Origin: Paraphysomonas bandaiensis
Lineage: Eukaryota > Protista > Chrysophyceae
Assembly: GCA_965644295.1 (NCBI GenBank)
Contig: CBFFRP010000030.1
Span: 1 to 64,000, forward strand
Length of the DNA stretch: 64,000 nucleotides
Reading direction: 5' to 3'
Part shown: piece by piece, positions 12,701-25,616 of the stretch
Numbering within the stretch: the stretch's first letter is position 1
Layout of the letters: each line of letters starts with the position of its first letter
The notes under the pieces: model-generated
The model's database searches: none
Told to the model about the DNA's origin: nothing
The model's input: only the letters and a program-made list of their open reading frames with translations
Translations under genes and position numbers: made by a program

Positions 12701-14821
12701 CGCAGAATCTTTGTTTTCTGCCAACGATCGTATAATCTTATTAGAGAATCGGGGCGCAGCACCCTGATCAATATGTAGTCTTGACAACTCATCCCCAGGG
12801 AATGCCGTCAAATCCACTATCGGCTTTGCGACATCAGATCCACTATCGGCTTTCTGGTCGCAATCCACGTTACACTTGTCACCAGACGACCTCTCTGTGG
12901 CTGATATCATATCGGAATTTCTGCCCGATTCATTCTTGCTCTCGTCGAGATTGACATCCTCTTGTTTGACATTTGTCGCTGTTGTGTCATCCACTGCATT
13001 CACCGGGTCTGCAGTTGCTGTAGATGGGATAGGCATTTCCTCAACACTAGAGATTCGGTGTGTTTGAACAGGTACTGAATGCGGGGAATCAGTGGTGACA
13101 GTACTACATTTCTCAGCCTCGGGTTGGTGCTGGGAAGAAGTGGGTGGTGGAACAGCGGGGTTAGGGAGTGAAAATGTCGTTGGAGATGCGGAAGCTGATG
13201 GAGGTGCAGTTGAGGTAGCAGGGGACATACCACTTGCACGTACAACCGGAGACTGTCCCTTGCTGGCGGGAGTCTGAGGAGATGAAGTCCCAGAGCCTCC
13301 ACCACGTGACGAGTCGCCTTTGAGGTCTTGCAGACTAATGGCATTACCAGACTTGTCCTTCAAGGAGAGTTGTTTCTTGGATTGTTCTACTGATGTATTC
13401 TGCGACTGCTGGGAATATGGTCTCTGCTGCTTATTTTGCTGCGGCATATGCTGATGCTGGTGGTTCGTTATCTCCGGATTTAACATCGGCATATACGACT
13501 GTTGAATCGCCGGTTGTTGAGAATAAGAGTACAAGCCAGCGGACCCAGAGGATGGATTCATGAATCTATTAGGCATATTGTTTCTGTGGGGATCGCCAGG
13601 CATACCCACCATATGGTTGCGTGGCATTGGAGAAGCATTGTGGATACTATTTGGCGGGAAATTGGGAGAATAGTTGGGAGGAAAAGGGAAATACATATGT
13701 GAACTATAGGAATGAGGAGTATGCTGAATCGGGGGGGAAATGCCATTTATACGCCCGGGTGGCTGTTGGGGTACCACCTGAGAAATGTACTGATAAGGCT
13801 GGTGAGGCATAACTGGAACAGGGAGAGCTACTCCTTGATTGTGTGGCAACGGCATCTTGTTCCGTGCATCTCCAGAGTCCATGACAACACCTCCTGGCAT
13901 GCCAGGTGTGTGGTTTACACGCACATTAGGAGCGCGGGGGGGATAGTAGGCCTGCTGCGGTGAGAATCCTCGTGCGAGCGAAAACTGTTCGTGGACAGTA
14001 CCTCGGGACATCTGCGTATGGGGGGTGCGCTGTTTCTCGTACGGCCTTTTACTGTCAGAACTGGGGAAAGAGCTCTGGGAATCCGGACTTGGGTTCTGCC
14101 CCATAATAGGTGTGTTCTGCCCCATAGTAGGTGTGCCCTGCCCCACCGTTGGTATGCTCTGTACCGCGACAGGTGAGATTTGCCCCGCGGCAGGTGACGT
14201 TTGCACCGCAGCAAGTGCATCCGGTGCCACCTGCTGTTCAGTTTGTAAACCCTCTTCCCAGACCTTTGGTAAATAAGCCCCTCTGGGTGAAGAAGTGCCA
14301 CCACCTGGTTGCTGTTGACCTTCTGCTGTTGGTTTACCATATGTTTGGGGGCTCCCAGTCTGTGATACGTTAAGTGGTAATCACAGCCAGGTGTTACTTA
14401 CATGATGTGGATGTTGTCCCACAGATGAGTAATGTGCAGGTTTTCTGAGACCATTTCCACCCACTTCTAAAATTCCAGCATGTTCATCAGGAGGCGCAGA
14501 ATTTGTTCTCATCAACGTAACCTGCCGTATAATATGACGATACAAACTCTTCATCGTGTGTGGTACCTGACTGTGGTCTTTTTGTTTCGGCCATTTCTTT
14601 CCTGTGCGTCCACCAGATTTCCCTCCTCCGCGCCCTCGTGCATTGCTCGTTGAGGTGGTGTTGACCGATGGAGAGCCCTGTGCATCAGGCGAAGATCTCT
14701 GTCGGGAGGCGGGATTATTATTATCCCGCCTCCCTCTCTGTCGAGCTGAACTCGGATTAGAACTGTTCGGTTCTTCTACATCCGGACTACCACTATGATT
14801 GTCGTTCCCGTTTGTAGACAT
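9733..14821 (-). CDS. EIF4G: Eukaryotic translation initiation factor 4G (MIF4G + MA3), 6 exons
   Basis: eIF4E-binding-like YSKAEIL, MIF4G ILNKITPQTF..FDKAVNEPNFANLYAEMC and KRRMFGNIRFIGEL..SRIRFSIEEIIALRKNAW, MA3 IVDEYLSMKDSTEANECLAEL. Approximate exons 14821-14567, 14521-14402, 14359-11378, 11323-11132, 11078-9966, 9908-9733, GT-AG introns. Confidence 0.92.
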
Positions 14822-14919
14822 AGAAATATATGTACGAAGCAAACAAAAGCGAATTAACGCTTACACGAATTAACTATATATTCGTACTATATATATAGCG
14901 CCCCACATCCCGTAAGTCA

Positions 14920-14949
14920 AAAAGGGGTCATATAAGAAGGACCCCTTTT
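14920..14949. promoter_or_regulatory. 10-bp inverted repeat around a TATA-like loop in the eIF4G/TBL1 divergent promoter
   Basis: AAAAGGGGTC-ATATAAGAAG-GACCCCTTTT, about 100 bp upstream of the eIF4G ATG. Function is inferred only. Confidence 0.3.
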
Positions 14950-15317
14950 GAGTTCTGCGTTTCTTCATGCATTTATATATGCAAAAAAAATATTCCTAAA
15001 ATCTTGAGCAGACATTCCCTTCAAAAAACGGAAAATAATAATATCGTTGCTGTGAAGTCGTCATCAGCACTATACAAGTTAAGTTGGACATCAGGAGCAG
15101 GATGTATGTATGGCAGAGGTAGTGGTGTGTATGTGTGTATACCACAATGATACAATACAATCTGATAGATAGTTAGGTGATTGAGTGTTGTATGGTTTAC
15201 TGGATACACAGACGCTTTGGATTCATATAATCCTCCATCGATATTGATTTTATATTGGTGTTACTTGCTGCCAGGATTGGACGGGGTTAACTACTCCTTG
15301 CATATCCGTCTTCCCAA

Positions 15318-17281
15318 ATGAGTATATCATCAGATGAAGTGAATTATTTAATTTATCGGTATCTGCAAGAGAATGGTCAGTTAGTTCATGTTTGATCTTG
15401 AATAATGTGTTCTTATTCTTTGTCGTTAGGGTTTAGCCACTCTGCTTTTGCCTTTGCACATGAATCGTTAGTTGCTAAGTCCAGTGTGGCCTACACTGAT
15501 ATACCTCCAGGTGCACTTATCACTTTCCTTCAGAAGGGTCTAGAGTACGTTGGTATTGAAGAGCACATCAGTGAGGTAGGATCGTAAATAGTATCATAAA
15601 TAGCGTATTAACAGCATTGTAGGATGGCACAATACAGGAATTTGACGGAAACTACTCTTTACTATCTCCATTTATCTGTCAAGCCGTCGGCACAAAAGAA
15701 GAGCGGAAGATTCGTAAAGTCCCGCAACAAGCCGGCTCTGGCTCATCTGAAGGTATGTGCATATTTGGTTACCACTCATTGTGACGTAGATGGATATACA
15801 GCAATGGTTGTTGATGGCAACGTTGGACTGCAGGCTACGAAAAACACGGGAGGTAGTTCTGCAAACGTAGGGAAAATGGCTGTCCAGTCGTCGGCTATAA
15901 TGAGGTATGATGTCTATTTCGCATGGTATATTTCTGCTATTCTAATTTTTTGTGTAGGACTGATGGCTTACAGCAATCCGTGTCATTGCAGGGTCATCAA
16001 GGCGAGGTCTTTATGTGCCTGTGGAACCCTGAAACCAAGCAGTTAGCCTCAGGATCTGCAGATGGGACGTGTAGACTGTGGACTATGTCTAGCGACGACA
16101 CTATCGCAGCAGTAGAAGACGGGGAGGAAGTGCCCGTGGACACAGCTGTGATGCCGCATTGCAGTTTCATCGGAGAGCGCTACAGAGATGTCACGTCAGT
16201 TAACTGGAGTCCTAGCGGTTCACACCTAGCCACAGGATGTTATGATGGTGTCGCACGAGTGTGGACGGCACAGGGATCGTTGGAAAAGGAACTGAAGGAG
16301 CACAATGGTCCCGTCTTCTCCCTCAAATGGAGCAAGGACGGCAAATACCTGCTCAGCGGTAGCTACGACAGACGCTCAATTGTTTGGGACCCTAAAACTG
16401 GCTCGGCACTGAAAACATACCTTCTCCACTCGGCACCAGTGTTGGACGTGGACTGGAGCGACTCCGATGTGTTTGCCACTTGCTCTTCTGATAAAACGAT
16501 ATTTGTATGCCAAGTGTCAAGTGAGGAGTCTAATGCTATTCATAAATTTGAGGGACATGAAGATGAAGTGAATTCTGTTAGTTGGGCTCCAGGTGGCCAA
16601 TACTTGGCCTCATGTTCAGATGACAGCACTGCCAAGGTGATTGAGTGAAGATATCTTCTATGCTCTGCTGATTATGTTTATATTATCGAAGGTGTGGACT
16701 CTAATGGGTATGAAACATGATCTTCGAGGCCATGAGAAGGAGATATATACTGTGCGGTGGACTCCCACGGGGCCCGGTTCACCTCACCCTGACACGCCGT
16801 TGCGCCTTTGTACTGCTTCCTTTGACGGCACGGTGAAGGTGCGATAACTACTATTATAACACTATAGGTAACCACTCCATAGGTGTGGAATCCGGACACG
16901 GGGTCTATGGTATACGATTTTTGTAGGCATGGACAACCTGTGTATAGTCTTGCTGCAAACCCATCAGGTATTGAACCTCCCATTCCTATATTTGACATTG
17001 ATATGTTGCGAACACAGGCAATGTACTTGCTGCTGGTTCGCTGGGCGGTCACGTCACACTCTGGTCCCTTGACGATGGATCATTGGTAGGGTTATCTCCG
17101 TGTTTGTGTATTTGTGTTTTTTATGTTATGGTAACAGATAAATGAAGTGAAGAGCAATGGGGATACTTTTGATGTCTCTTGGAGTAGTGATGGATCAATG
17201 TTATGTTCCTGTTTCTCATCGGGCACTATCAATATAATGCTTCTCAAACGAAATGCAGTTAAGTTGGAGAAGAGTGGTTAA
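15318..17281 (+). CDS. TBL1XR1: TBL1/TBL1XR1 (HOS15/SIF2/ebi)-like LisH + WD40 co-repressor subunit, multi-exon
   Basis: N-terminus MSISSDEVNYLIYRYLQENG|FSHSAFAFAHES..PPGALITFLQKGLEY (LisH), then WD repeats LQGHQGEVFMCLWNP, LATGCYDGVARVW, HNGPVFSLKWS, GHEKEIYTVRWTPTGPG. Stop TAA at 17279-17281. Confidence 0.92.
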
Positions 17282-17549
17282 GGGAGGATTGGGGACAATT
17301 TTCCAACAACTAGATGTTGTATTGTTGAAACTTCGTCATTGTAATAATATGGTACTATCTATGAAATAGTTTAATCTGTAACTTTGTTATGTACAATGTA
17401 ATCAGAAACATTGTACCTAGTGCTTTCAGCTCGGTGGCGTTACGGAGTGGGTGCGTTGTATTACGTATTACACATGTTATTGATTTCTATACTGCGTAAG
17501 GAGTTGTAATCAAGTGTCACTTATATTGTCATCACATGTGCACTGTGCT

Positions 17550-17920
17550 TGGAAAACGCACAATATTGTAAACGATAGTAGAAACATGGCCTTTCATTCT
17601 TGTTTGCTTGGCATGTATTTCGAGTTTTGAGCATACGTAAGACTTGCTGCAATAGTACTATTGCCACAGTCCTTTGACAATACCTTCATGACTATATGTT
17701 ATATGTAGTATGTAGCATTTCTGCAAGTAGAATTGAAGTTGTTTCAGTAGAGTTGTAACAGCAGCAATGTCCACTCTGCGTATCAGGGCCTGATAACAAT
17801 ACACAACAATTTTTTACTTGGCCGTGCTGCTTACAGGCTTGCATATGACACTCGGAGAAAGAATGCTTTATTTTGATGCCTTGGATGCACACGTCTTTCC
17901 ATCATATTGTGATTTCCACT
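17550..17920. repeat. Degenerate fold-back / MITE-like inverted repeat
   Basis: TGGAAAACGCACAATATTG vs CATATTGTGATTTCCA, CATTCTT..CGAGT vs ACTCGGAGAAAGAATG, and an internal near-palindrome TATCAGGGCCTGATA (17781-17795). Confidence 0.3.
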
Positions 17921-18228
17921 ACTTAAATGTATATGTACGGCAGCTGACATACTATGAGTTACGAGGATAGATCTTGTTAATCCATAGTACTAATAACAAC
18001 TCTGAGTTCAATTATTATAATAGTCACGTTAGTCATTTGTCCCTCACAGTTTAAGTACCTACATCTATGCTAATACGACATATTATACCACAATCCCCTA
18101 CATATCTGATACAGTAAAGTTATCAATGAAAGGCCTGTGTGAGCGCAACACAAAAAGAATCAGTATGACAGATCGAGGACTAATTTCCCACAACAAGGAC
18201 AATTAGCGTGAGACAATCAATCAGCACT

Positions 18229-18960
18229 CTACACAGTAGCCCTTAAAGTTCCCGCAGCTTCAACTATAGCATGTCCAACATCATCGCTGTCGCCATCGGT
18301 CTTGCGGCGCTTTCCTTCTCTCAAGGGTGCGAGGAGATTGGCAGTAGATTGCTGTGCTTCGTCTATGGTTCCTCCAGCAGCCATTACTGTATCAAACCAG
18401 GCTTGTTTCAGATCTGCTTGCTGTTCTGCATCCAACAGGCCAAAGGCAGGAGAGTTAATAGCCGACTGTAGAGCATCTTGGCGAGCCCTCACACTTTCTG
18501 AAACAGGGTTCTTGCGTTTACGATTAACTAGACGTCTTGGTTTGATAGGTGGCAATTGACTAAGCTCTGCTGCAGCATCTGGGTCTGGGTTAGGACACAC
18601 AGCGATCTGCTGAGTACCCTCTTTCACTCCACGGATGTGGACGCGAATGCGCTGCTTACCACCAGTGAACACCTTACCACAACTCTTGCACTTGTATCGA
18701 CTGTTCGACTTACTGCCTTTTACATTCCTCTCTAGAATATGAACAAACTTCTCCTCAATGTTGCGTGGCTACATTATCAATTAGAGGTATATGATTGTAT
18801 GACATCATATCAATAAACTTACAGGAATGTAGTCTCCATATGTACTTGTCGGCAACAGCAACTCAGAGTCGGGAATAGAAAGCTTAGGGTCTTGTTGTGA
18901 CACGTCTTGAGCACCGACTGTTGCAGCTGCTGTGGGGTCAGAGATGGTATTGGAGTTCAT
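18229..18960 (-). CDS. Stand-alone BED zinc-finger protein (2 exons)
   Basis: Exon 1 from ATG 18960, GT-AG intron about 18822-18769, exon 2 reads YKCKSCGKVFTGGKQRIRVHIRG...IAVCP (C2-H-C BED pattern) followed by an NLS-like RKRK. No transposase core. Confidence 0.7.
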
Positions 18961-19370
18961 TTTCAAATGAATTGTGTATTTTCTGGGCTGGGAATACGGC
19001 GAACCTCTGCTAAAGTGAATTGTAGTTTTGAATACAATTGTACTTGTCTCTTATAGTAGTTTATACTAGAGGTGTAATACAAGCACGAAGAAGACTGTAT
19101 TCAGGGCATTCTTTCTCACCCAATTTACACCGTATCTTGAAAAGACAAAATTTGCATCTTCAAAATACGTATCTTGAGCGGACGCTATCAGCTCTTCAAT
19201 TTCAGCTGTTGTATAATTGGCTGAATGGAATGGCATATATTGAGCGAGAATACGTGTGTAGGAGGAAGAAGGGAAGGTAAGTTGAGTTAGTTTTTCTACA
19301 GGAGTTCTAATACCATATTCTCACCTAACATTACCTCTTAAGGATTTAAAGACTAACGACTAAATTAACA

Positions 19371-19720
19371 ATGAATTTGATTAAGGTTTTCACTTTCCTT
19401 CTTGTTTCTGTCTTCGGGATGGTTCTTGGCCAGAAGACTTTCGATTGCAACAACTACAACAACGATTGCTTGGGCTGTATCCAGTCCACCAAGAACATGG
19501 TTCACCAGTGCACTTACTGCCCTCAGGACGGTAAGAAAATCTAAATTTCTATTTTTTGTGTGTTAATTTGAGTGCAGCTATTTGTCATACTGTTGGCTCT
19601 ATTTTCAACAAGTGCTCCAATGAAGAGTGCATCTCCCTGTCGTCAGCCAGCACTTGCGACAACAAGTCCGCAGACTCTTGCAACAACGTCAAGGCTTATG
19701 GCAAGCAGTACCTTCGTTAA
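19371..19720 (+). CDS. Small secreted Cys-rich protein (100 aa, 10 Cys, PSI/plexin-repeat-like); missed by the ORF track
   Basis: Exons 19371-19530 and 19578-19720 splice in frame to MNLIKVFTFLLVSVFGMVLG-QKTFDCNNYNNDCLGCIQSTKNMVHQCTYCPQDAICHTVGSIFNKCSNEECISLSSASTCDNKSADSCNNVKAYGKQYLR*. Confidence 0.8.
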
Positions 19721-20197
19721 TCGAATTAACACCTCCTGCAACTCTTTGTGATATGGTGATAGTTCATTCCCATAACTCATGTTAAGTGTAAAGCTACTCT
19801 TTGCACACCACATAAGTAATAAAATTCGGTTGGATTTATTTAACGTTTACCAATACTTCTAATTGTCATTCAATCTACTACTGTCAGAAACTAAGAAGAA
19901 TTAGAGCCTTTAGTAAGATCCGCTGAGCATAGACATGACAATAGTCTAAGCTGTCGGGGATGGAAAACAGAAAAAGTTCAACTGAGGTTTGTAGAGAGCC
20001 AATACAAGACGAACCAGTACATAATGCGTAGGACGCCATTGTTAGTTTCTTATGTTTCTAAATTCGAAACTAGATATATTTCATATTTCAGTAAAACAAC
20101 ACCAACAGAATAAAAGTGCACCACTTCTATAGTGACAATTAAAATATCAAATGTGCAATATTTACATAATCTAGATATGTGTCATTCATGACCGATA

Positions 20198-22175
20198 CTA
20201 TTGTGACAACACGTAAGACCGCAACTGAGTTGCACTTGTAGTGACAATCACGAATCTTCCATTTCCTTGTTGTGTGAACAAGGATTGCCGAATAGAATCA
20301 ACGTGTGGCGCGAGTCTAAATCACCAAATCATACAGAAGTTAGGTCAATACAACAAATAGTAGCATAAAACAATTTACCTGCCGATTGCGTGCACATTGT
20401 GTGGGCTGCTTACCACCGACAAATTACAGCAGTTCGACGCATCATCCGGGTAGACAACCAATAATACATCATCACCACATTCAGTATACGACTCGTTTTC
20501 GTCGTTCTCGAATAGACCCACCACGATTTCTGTGGGGACAACACCCACTGCCGGTCTGCTTGCTGCAATGGTCCCCTTATGACCAGTGACCACAGCGCTT
20601 TGGTGCACGCTGTCTGGGCAACGTGATGACAGTGAAAGGCAGTGTGCAGCCGCCGGAAATGACTCCGATGAACGGCACGAAAGTAACACTCCACAAAGGT
20701 CGTCACTTATATCCCCACTACTATTCCACGCGCCCACAGGGCAAGGCTGGATGTCATACACAGACCCTGTGTGGGCACTCTGGAGAGGACTGACAAAAGC
20801 ATTGTCGCGGGAGAAGCTTGGTATTATAACTCGACAAATGGACCGATGACCCACTAGTACACGGTCATGTCCTAGGTGCGTCGTGTGTAAGATCGATTGC
20901 ACTGGAGGAAGTATGCCTGGGGTTCCGCTATGGTGTACATTGTTGCTAACTGAGAATGGTCCATTGTGATTATCGGGCGGGAAGGCAATGGAATACGATC
21001 TTATCGGAATGCTCGCCTGACGTACATCAAATACGCACACCATCCCGTTGGTTCCTCCGATCCACAGCTCGTGCTGCGATCTCGACGAAAAAGCACAACT
21101 CCAGGCCTGGTGGGCACCCAGATCAAGACGTGCAACGGCCTCTCCAGAAGTATTCGAAATCAAATGGCAGGAATGATCACCACCAGTATATGCAGTATAC
21201 TGAAACTGGTCCCAAGGAGACACAGTAATGTCACGGATCATAGAATCACTACATCCGACGAAATCGTAGGGGTGCATTCCTTCCAGAGACACCTAACACG
21301 AAGAGTGAAGTAGTAAAACGAGCAATTGACAGAATCATACCCTCTGTATATGGTATTTATTGTCAGGATACTTGCAGGACAGTAGCAATGTATCATTAGG
21401 CGAAGACCTGCTGGCTGTTCTGAGGACCCGGGCATCGCAGAGATGGTCCAATGTTCCTGAAGGTTCAAACCCCACAGTTTGAACGGGTACTACAGAAGCT
21501 AATTGATTCAGATATATAGGGTGGCAACTATGCAGATGATACCTTGTCGGAATCCAGCGCTGGGTCTTATATCTCGTTGACTGTAGAGGGAATTAATTTG
21601 ATCCCGGAGAAGTTTTTCATTGCGCAGTAGCTCCATAATTTGCACCTGAGCTTCTCTTAAACGGATGCTTAATTTGGCCTTATCGGCTTCCACCTGCAAT
21701 AGAACGACAACATTAACACTTTCGCAACGCTGAAAATTATAATACACTTGAATGCTACAAGAACGTAAGTAGCAAAATAGAGCACTTAAAGTGTCACTCT
21801 TACCTTCTGTCGCTTTATCTTCTCACATTCAACTTCGGATTTGAGGTTATCAACCACAGCATTGTCCACTGCAACGACATTACAGTCATACAGATCAATT
21901 AAATCGCCTCGCTTCAGTTTTTTTCGACAAGTTGGACATGACCTGGAGCTACTGTAGGATTTTAGTATGCAGCTTTTTCCGAATATGTGGCCGCACTTTG
22001 TGACGACTATTCTGTGGGTGCCCTCCTTAGTGAATGGCTCCAAACAAATAGCGCATTCACTCCCATTATCGGCAACACGCCCTTCATCCGTATCCGCTCT
22101 TATTGCTTGTCTATTGTCATCAGACTGGTCGTCATTGTCGTCTGAATCATCTAATACATGTATCACTTGATTCAT
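20198..22175 (-). CDS. RFWD3: RFWD3-like E3 ligase (RING + coiled coil + WD40), multi-exon
   Basis: CAICLEPFTKEGTHRIVVTKCGHIFGKSCI..CPTC, coiled-coil exon, WD segment IRDITVSPW..AWSCAFS..LWIGGTNGMVCVFDVR. Last exon ends with TAG at 20198. Confidence 0.8.
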
Positions 22176-22659
22176 GATACCATAGTCAATGCAAATAGAC
22201 TACGCTACTAATGAAGCCATTGCTGTTCCACCAGTAATATACCGCATGCATTACAGTACAGTAAAGTACCGTACATCAGTATTTGTAAGTGTGGACTCTA
22301 CTTTACTTGTGAACATGTGATCTGATCCAATCCAGCTCATACTCATAGATGGCTGTATGTATGATTCAAAAAAACCCACCGATCTATGTAAAACTAAAGG
22401 CAGGATTTTTGGGAGTTGTGTAAAATAATTTACACGAGAAAAAATTATTCTCTATTGTAGTGTGTGTGAGTTTTTGGGTTTAGCGAAACTAGAAGAACTA
22501 TGTAAAATGAATTACACAACCTAAACTAAAAAAATCGCCAGTTTTTGACTCCGAAAAGTGCCACAAACGGTTTGTTTTTGTGCGATCTTGCAGCTATGAT
22601 CTTGCTGTTATGATGTTCATAAGATATATATATACTTTGACATTGGTCATCAAGACAAA

Positions 22660-24351
22660 GTGATGAATCGAGCCGCATTAGAACACGTTATTCAGGGTCA
22701 GGCAGAACGAAATGTCATGAAAGCAACACAGTCCCACTACTTATCCAAATTGCGAGTTATGACAGGACTGCTGAATGAAGCGGAGCCTGCAATTCGAAAC
22801 GAAGCATTGGAAATTGTTGATGGGGATGTTAGAAAGCATACGGGTGACGCCAAGCATATATATGTCCTGAAACTTCCAATGTCTGCAGACACCGCAAAAC
22901 TTTTGTTCGCATACATCTCAATCAACAGGCACCTAGCGAAATCAAGTCGGCGAAAGAAGAAGCGAAGTTCATTCGAGATCAATCAAGAGAATGCATGCAC
23001 TACTAGCGCTCCTTCAACTGGCGATAGTATAATGAATGAAAGAGATCTTAATCCCGGACAAAATGTTGTTACTGTAAGCGCACAAACGTATCAAAATTAT
23101 AAGAGTGCTCTGCGTTGGTGGCACGAATATGATAGTCCGAATATGAGTAAAGTTGGTCATGTTTGGCCAGTAGAGGTTGACAGAGCTATATGTGCGGCTA
23201 TTGCTACATATAAGAGGGATATAGGGCTGAAGAAAAGAAACGGAATTATGAAAGTTCGAGACGGCAAACTTCCCTATAACCTATACGGATACAAAACCAT
23301 TTGTGCCCATTTCATGAGCAAGATTCCAACTGCCAGAAGCCAGTCTTGGCATGAAGGGTTATTTGCCTCCCTATTCACTAAGTTGTCAGTGAATACAATT
23401 GGTCGTTCCGATAATATTGACGACATCTTAACATGCAACATGGATTGGATAAACGATGCCCTAACTATTGTTTTTGGCACTACTAAAGTGGACCAAACTG
23501 GCACCAAAACTACAGATATGAAACGTTTATACGCAAATCCATTTATGCCAGAAGTTTGTGTTATTCTAGACTTAGCTGTTTATGTGTGGTGTAAGCACTG
23601 TACAAGTACGGAAGATGCTGAATATGTATTTGATGGGGCTGACCAAGAGAAAAGATACTACAATCTATTAGTTCAAGCAGTGGAAAAGGACATCGACTCC
23701 TCGTTGGATCTTGGTTGTGCTCGGGAAGATATCGGCACTCACAGTAACCGGAAATTTGCCGAGTCGACATCAGTTTCGAGGATTGATGGCCCTAGTAGAA
23801 CGCAAGTGTGTCTTCGAGCAGGGCAAGGTGTAGGCAGAACACAGGACTGCTACATGTTCTCCGAAGATGATGGTGATGCGCTAGTGGGGCGAACGGTAGC
23901 TCAACTAAAACTTAACGCTGACGAATTTGATGTACTTCCACCACATTGGTGCAATGCTGCTGTTATTCAGTTAAATGAGTATGGATGGGGCAACATCTTA
24001 CCTAGCTATAACTACTACTGTGAGGGATTCCAAAGAATTATTAGAATGCTGTTTGCTAGTCTTGTTTATCATCATCATGAAGGAAACATTAAACGGCTAT
24101 ACCATCCCCGACATCCAATTCACTGCCAGCCAATATTCACAGACCCTACACTTCTAAACTCGTTGAAGGATAAAGTACTTTTGTGTCACCAGTACTGCAC
24201 TGATACAGGAATGAGCGCTGAAGGTGTACCTGGTATTATCTTGATATCAAGAGAGATAAGAAACTTCAAGGCGGAAGTAGATAAAGATAAATCATCAGTG
24301 TTGCAGCGCGGCCTAATGATCTTAATATCAATACTTTGGCTAACAGATTAG
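22660..24351 (+). CDS. Crypton (CryptonS-type) tyrosine recombinase, copy 1
   Basis: GRSDNI (Arg), TTKVDQTG (Lys), LYANPFMPEVC, DIGTHSNRK (HxxR), CLRAGQGVGRTQDCY (catalytic Tyr), GDALVGRTVAQL..FDVLPPHW. No recognisable C-terminal GCR1_C domain. Confidence 0.88.
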   Translation: MMNRAALEHVIQGQAERNVMKATQSHYLSKLRVMTGLLNEAEPAIRNEALEIVDGDVRKHTGDAKHIYVLKLPMSADTAKLLFAYISINRHLAKSSRRKKKRSSFEINQENACTTSAPSTGDSIMNERDLNPGQNVVTVSAQTYQNYKSALRWWHEYDSPNMSKVGHVWPVEVDRAICAAIATYKRDIGLKKRNGIMKVRDGKLPYNLYGYKTICAHFMSKIPTARSQSWHEGLFASLFTKLSVNTIGRSDNIDDILTCNMDWINDALTIVFGTTKVDQTGTKTTDMKRLYANPFMPEVCVILDLAVYVWCKHCTSTEDAEYVFDGADQEKRYYNLLVQAVEKDIDSSLDLGCAREDIGTHSNRKFAESTSVSRIDGPSRTQVCLRAGQGVGRTQDCYMFSEDDGDALVGRTVAQLKLNADEFDVLPPHWCNAAVIQLNEYGWGNILPSYNYYCEGFQRIIRMLFASLVYHHHEGNIKRLYHPRHPIHCQPIFTDPTLLNSLKDKVLLCHQYCTDTGMSAEGVPGIILISREIRNFKAEVDKDKSSVLQRGLMILISILWLTD

Positions 24352-25616
24352 GAAAATTAAATCGTTGGTAGCTGTATTCGGAAGTGATATATATTATAAG
24401 TAAAGAATAAGGTTTTTAGTATTCGCTGTCTTATGACATTAATACCGGAAGTATTTAAATATAATAACAACTGATATATACATACTGTCAGTGTGATTCG
24501 TGTAATCGATATTATATATATACATACTGTCTGTGTGATTTGTGCAACAATCGATATACAGTTGTGCATTGTCAGTTGTACGGTATGCATTACCGCCAGT
24601 ACGTAATATACATAATACTCATCAAGAAGGATAATTTCCAGAGAAGTCGCAGCAGTTTTGTTTGTCAGAAGTTTATTATCATGAGGTGACGTGTAATCTT
24701 GTTTATCCACAATACCTGGCGAGTCGCTGGAAGTATAGTTCTGGATGGGGCACCACCGTTGGCCAGAGTTGGTTACCTGCGCATTACACCCTAAGAGCAT
24801 TACTCTCAATCCAGAACACTTACACAGCAGTCACTCTGCGGTATGTGGCATATAAGAAGTACCGATCTTACACCGAGACAACTTCTGGAGCACGATGCTG
24901 ATACAGAGGTGTATATATAGGAAATAATTTACCCAAAATATTTTTTCTATTAATTGCATGCATTGATAATACTAATATGAACGCTGTCCCCCATTGATGG
25001 ATATTGAAGATGCTAACGGTCACATTACTTGAATCCTTGAATTATCGGGAGAACTTCACAGGATGCACACTGAGCATACCTTCTGCAAAATAACGACTCA
25101 AGCAGTATTTTATCCTCTTGTAAGGGTCCTCTTCCACTTCACTGTCTCTTCTTAAGGCAATAACCACACACATGAAGCAGTTGTCTCAAGCGGTTAAAAG
25201 TCATCGTACTGGTCTTGCACAGCATGAAGCTTGCGGTACAGTGAAGTCAAGTCAGTCCATTAACGACTCCATCAATCGTCCTTTGTTTTAATCTGCAGGT
25301 TGGGTCATAATTTCACCCCACAATAGACTGTCTGTGTGTCTATTTATGGTCACATGACCCTCAGGCCGTTCCTTAGGACATGTCAAAATCAAAAAAATGG
25401 TATTATTTTGACAGTGGGGTGCGTTTTGCCATTCCTTAGGACAGTCAAAAATCAAAATAATGGCAAAATATTATTTTGACACCCGGCTCGCATCAAAATA
25501 ATGGTCACTATTTTGACGCCAGAGAAGGAATGTCAAAATAGTTGACCTCGCGTCAAAATAGTTGATAAGGCCATTATAACCACAATAAGTCATCTTTTAG
25601 ACAGAAGTAACACACG

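Noticed and set aside
22660-24351. DIRS retrotransposon or bacterial/phage integrase contamination
   Set aside because: No RT/RNaseH in the unit; motifs fit Crypton YRs; flanks are intron-containing eukaryotic genes.
25380-25570. Recurrent TCAAAATA units resembling a CRISPR-like array
   Set aside because: Short, irregularly spaced, in both orientations; these are sub-terminal repeats of the Harbinger.
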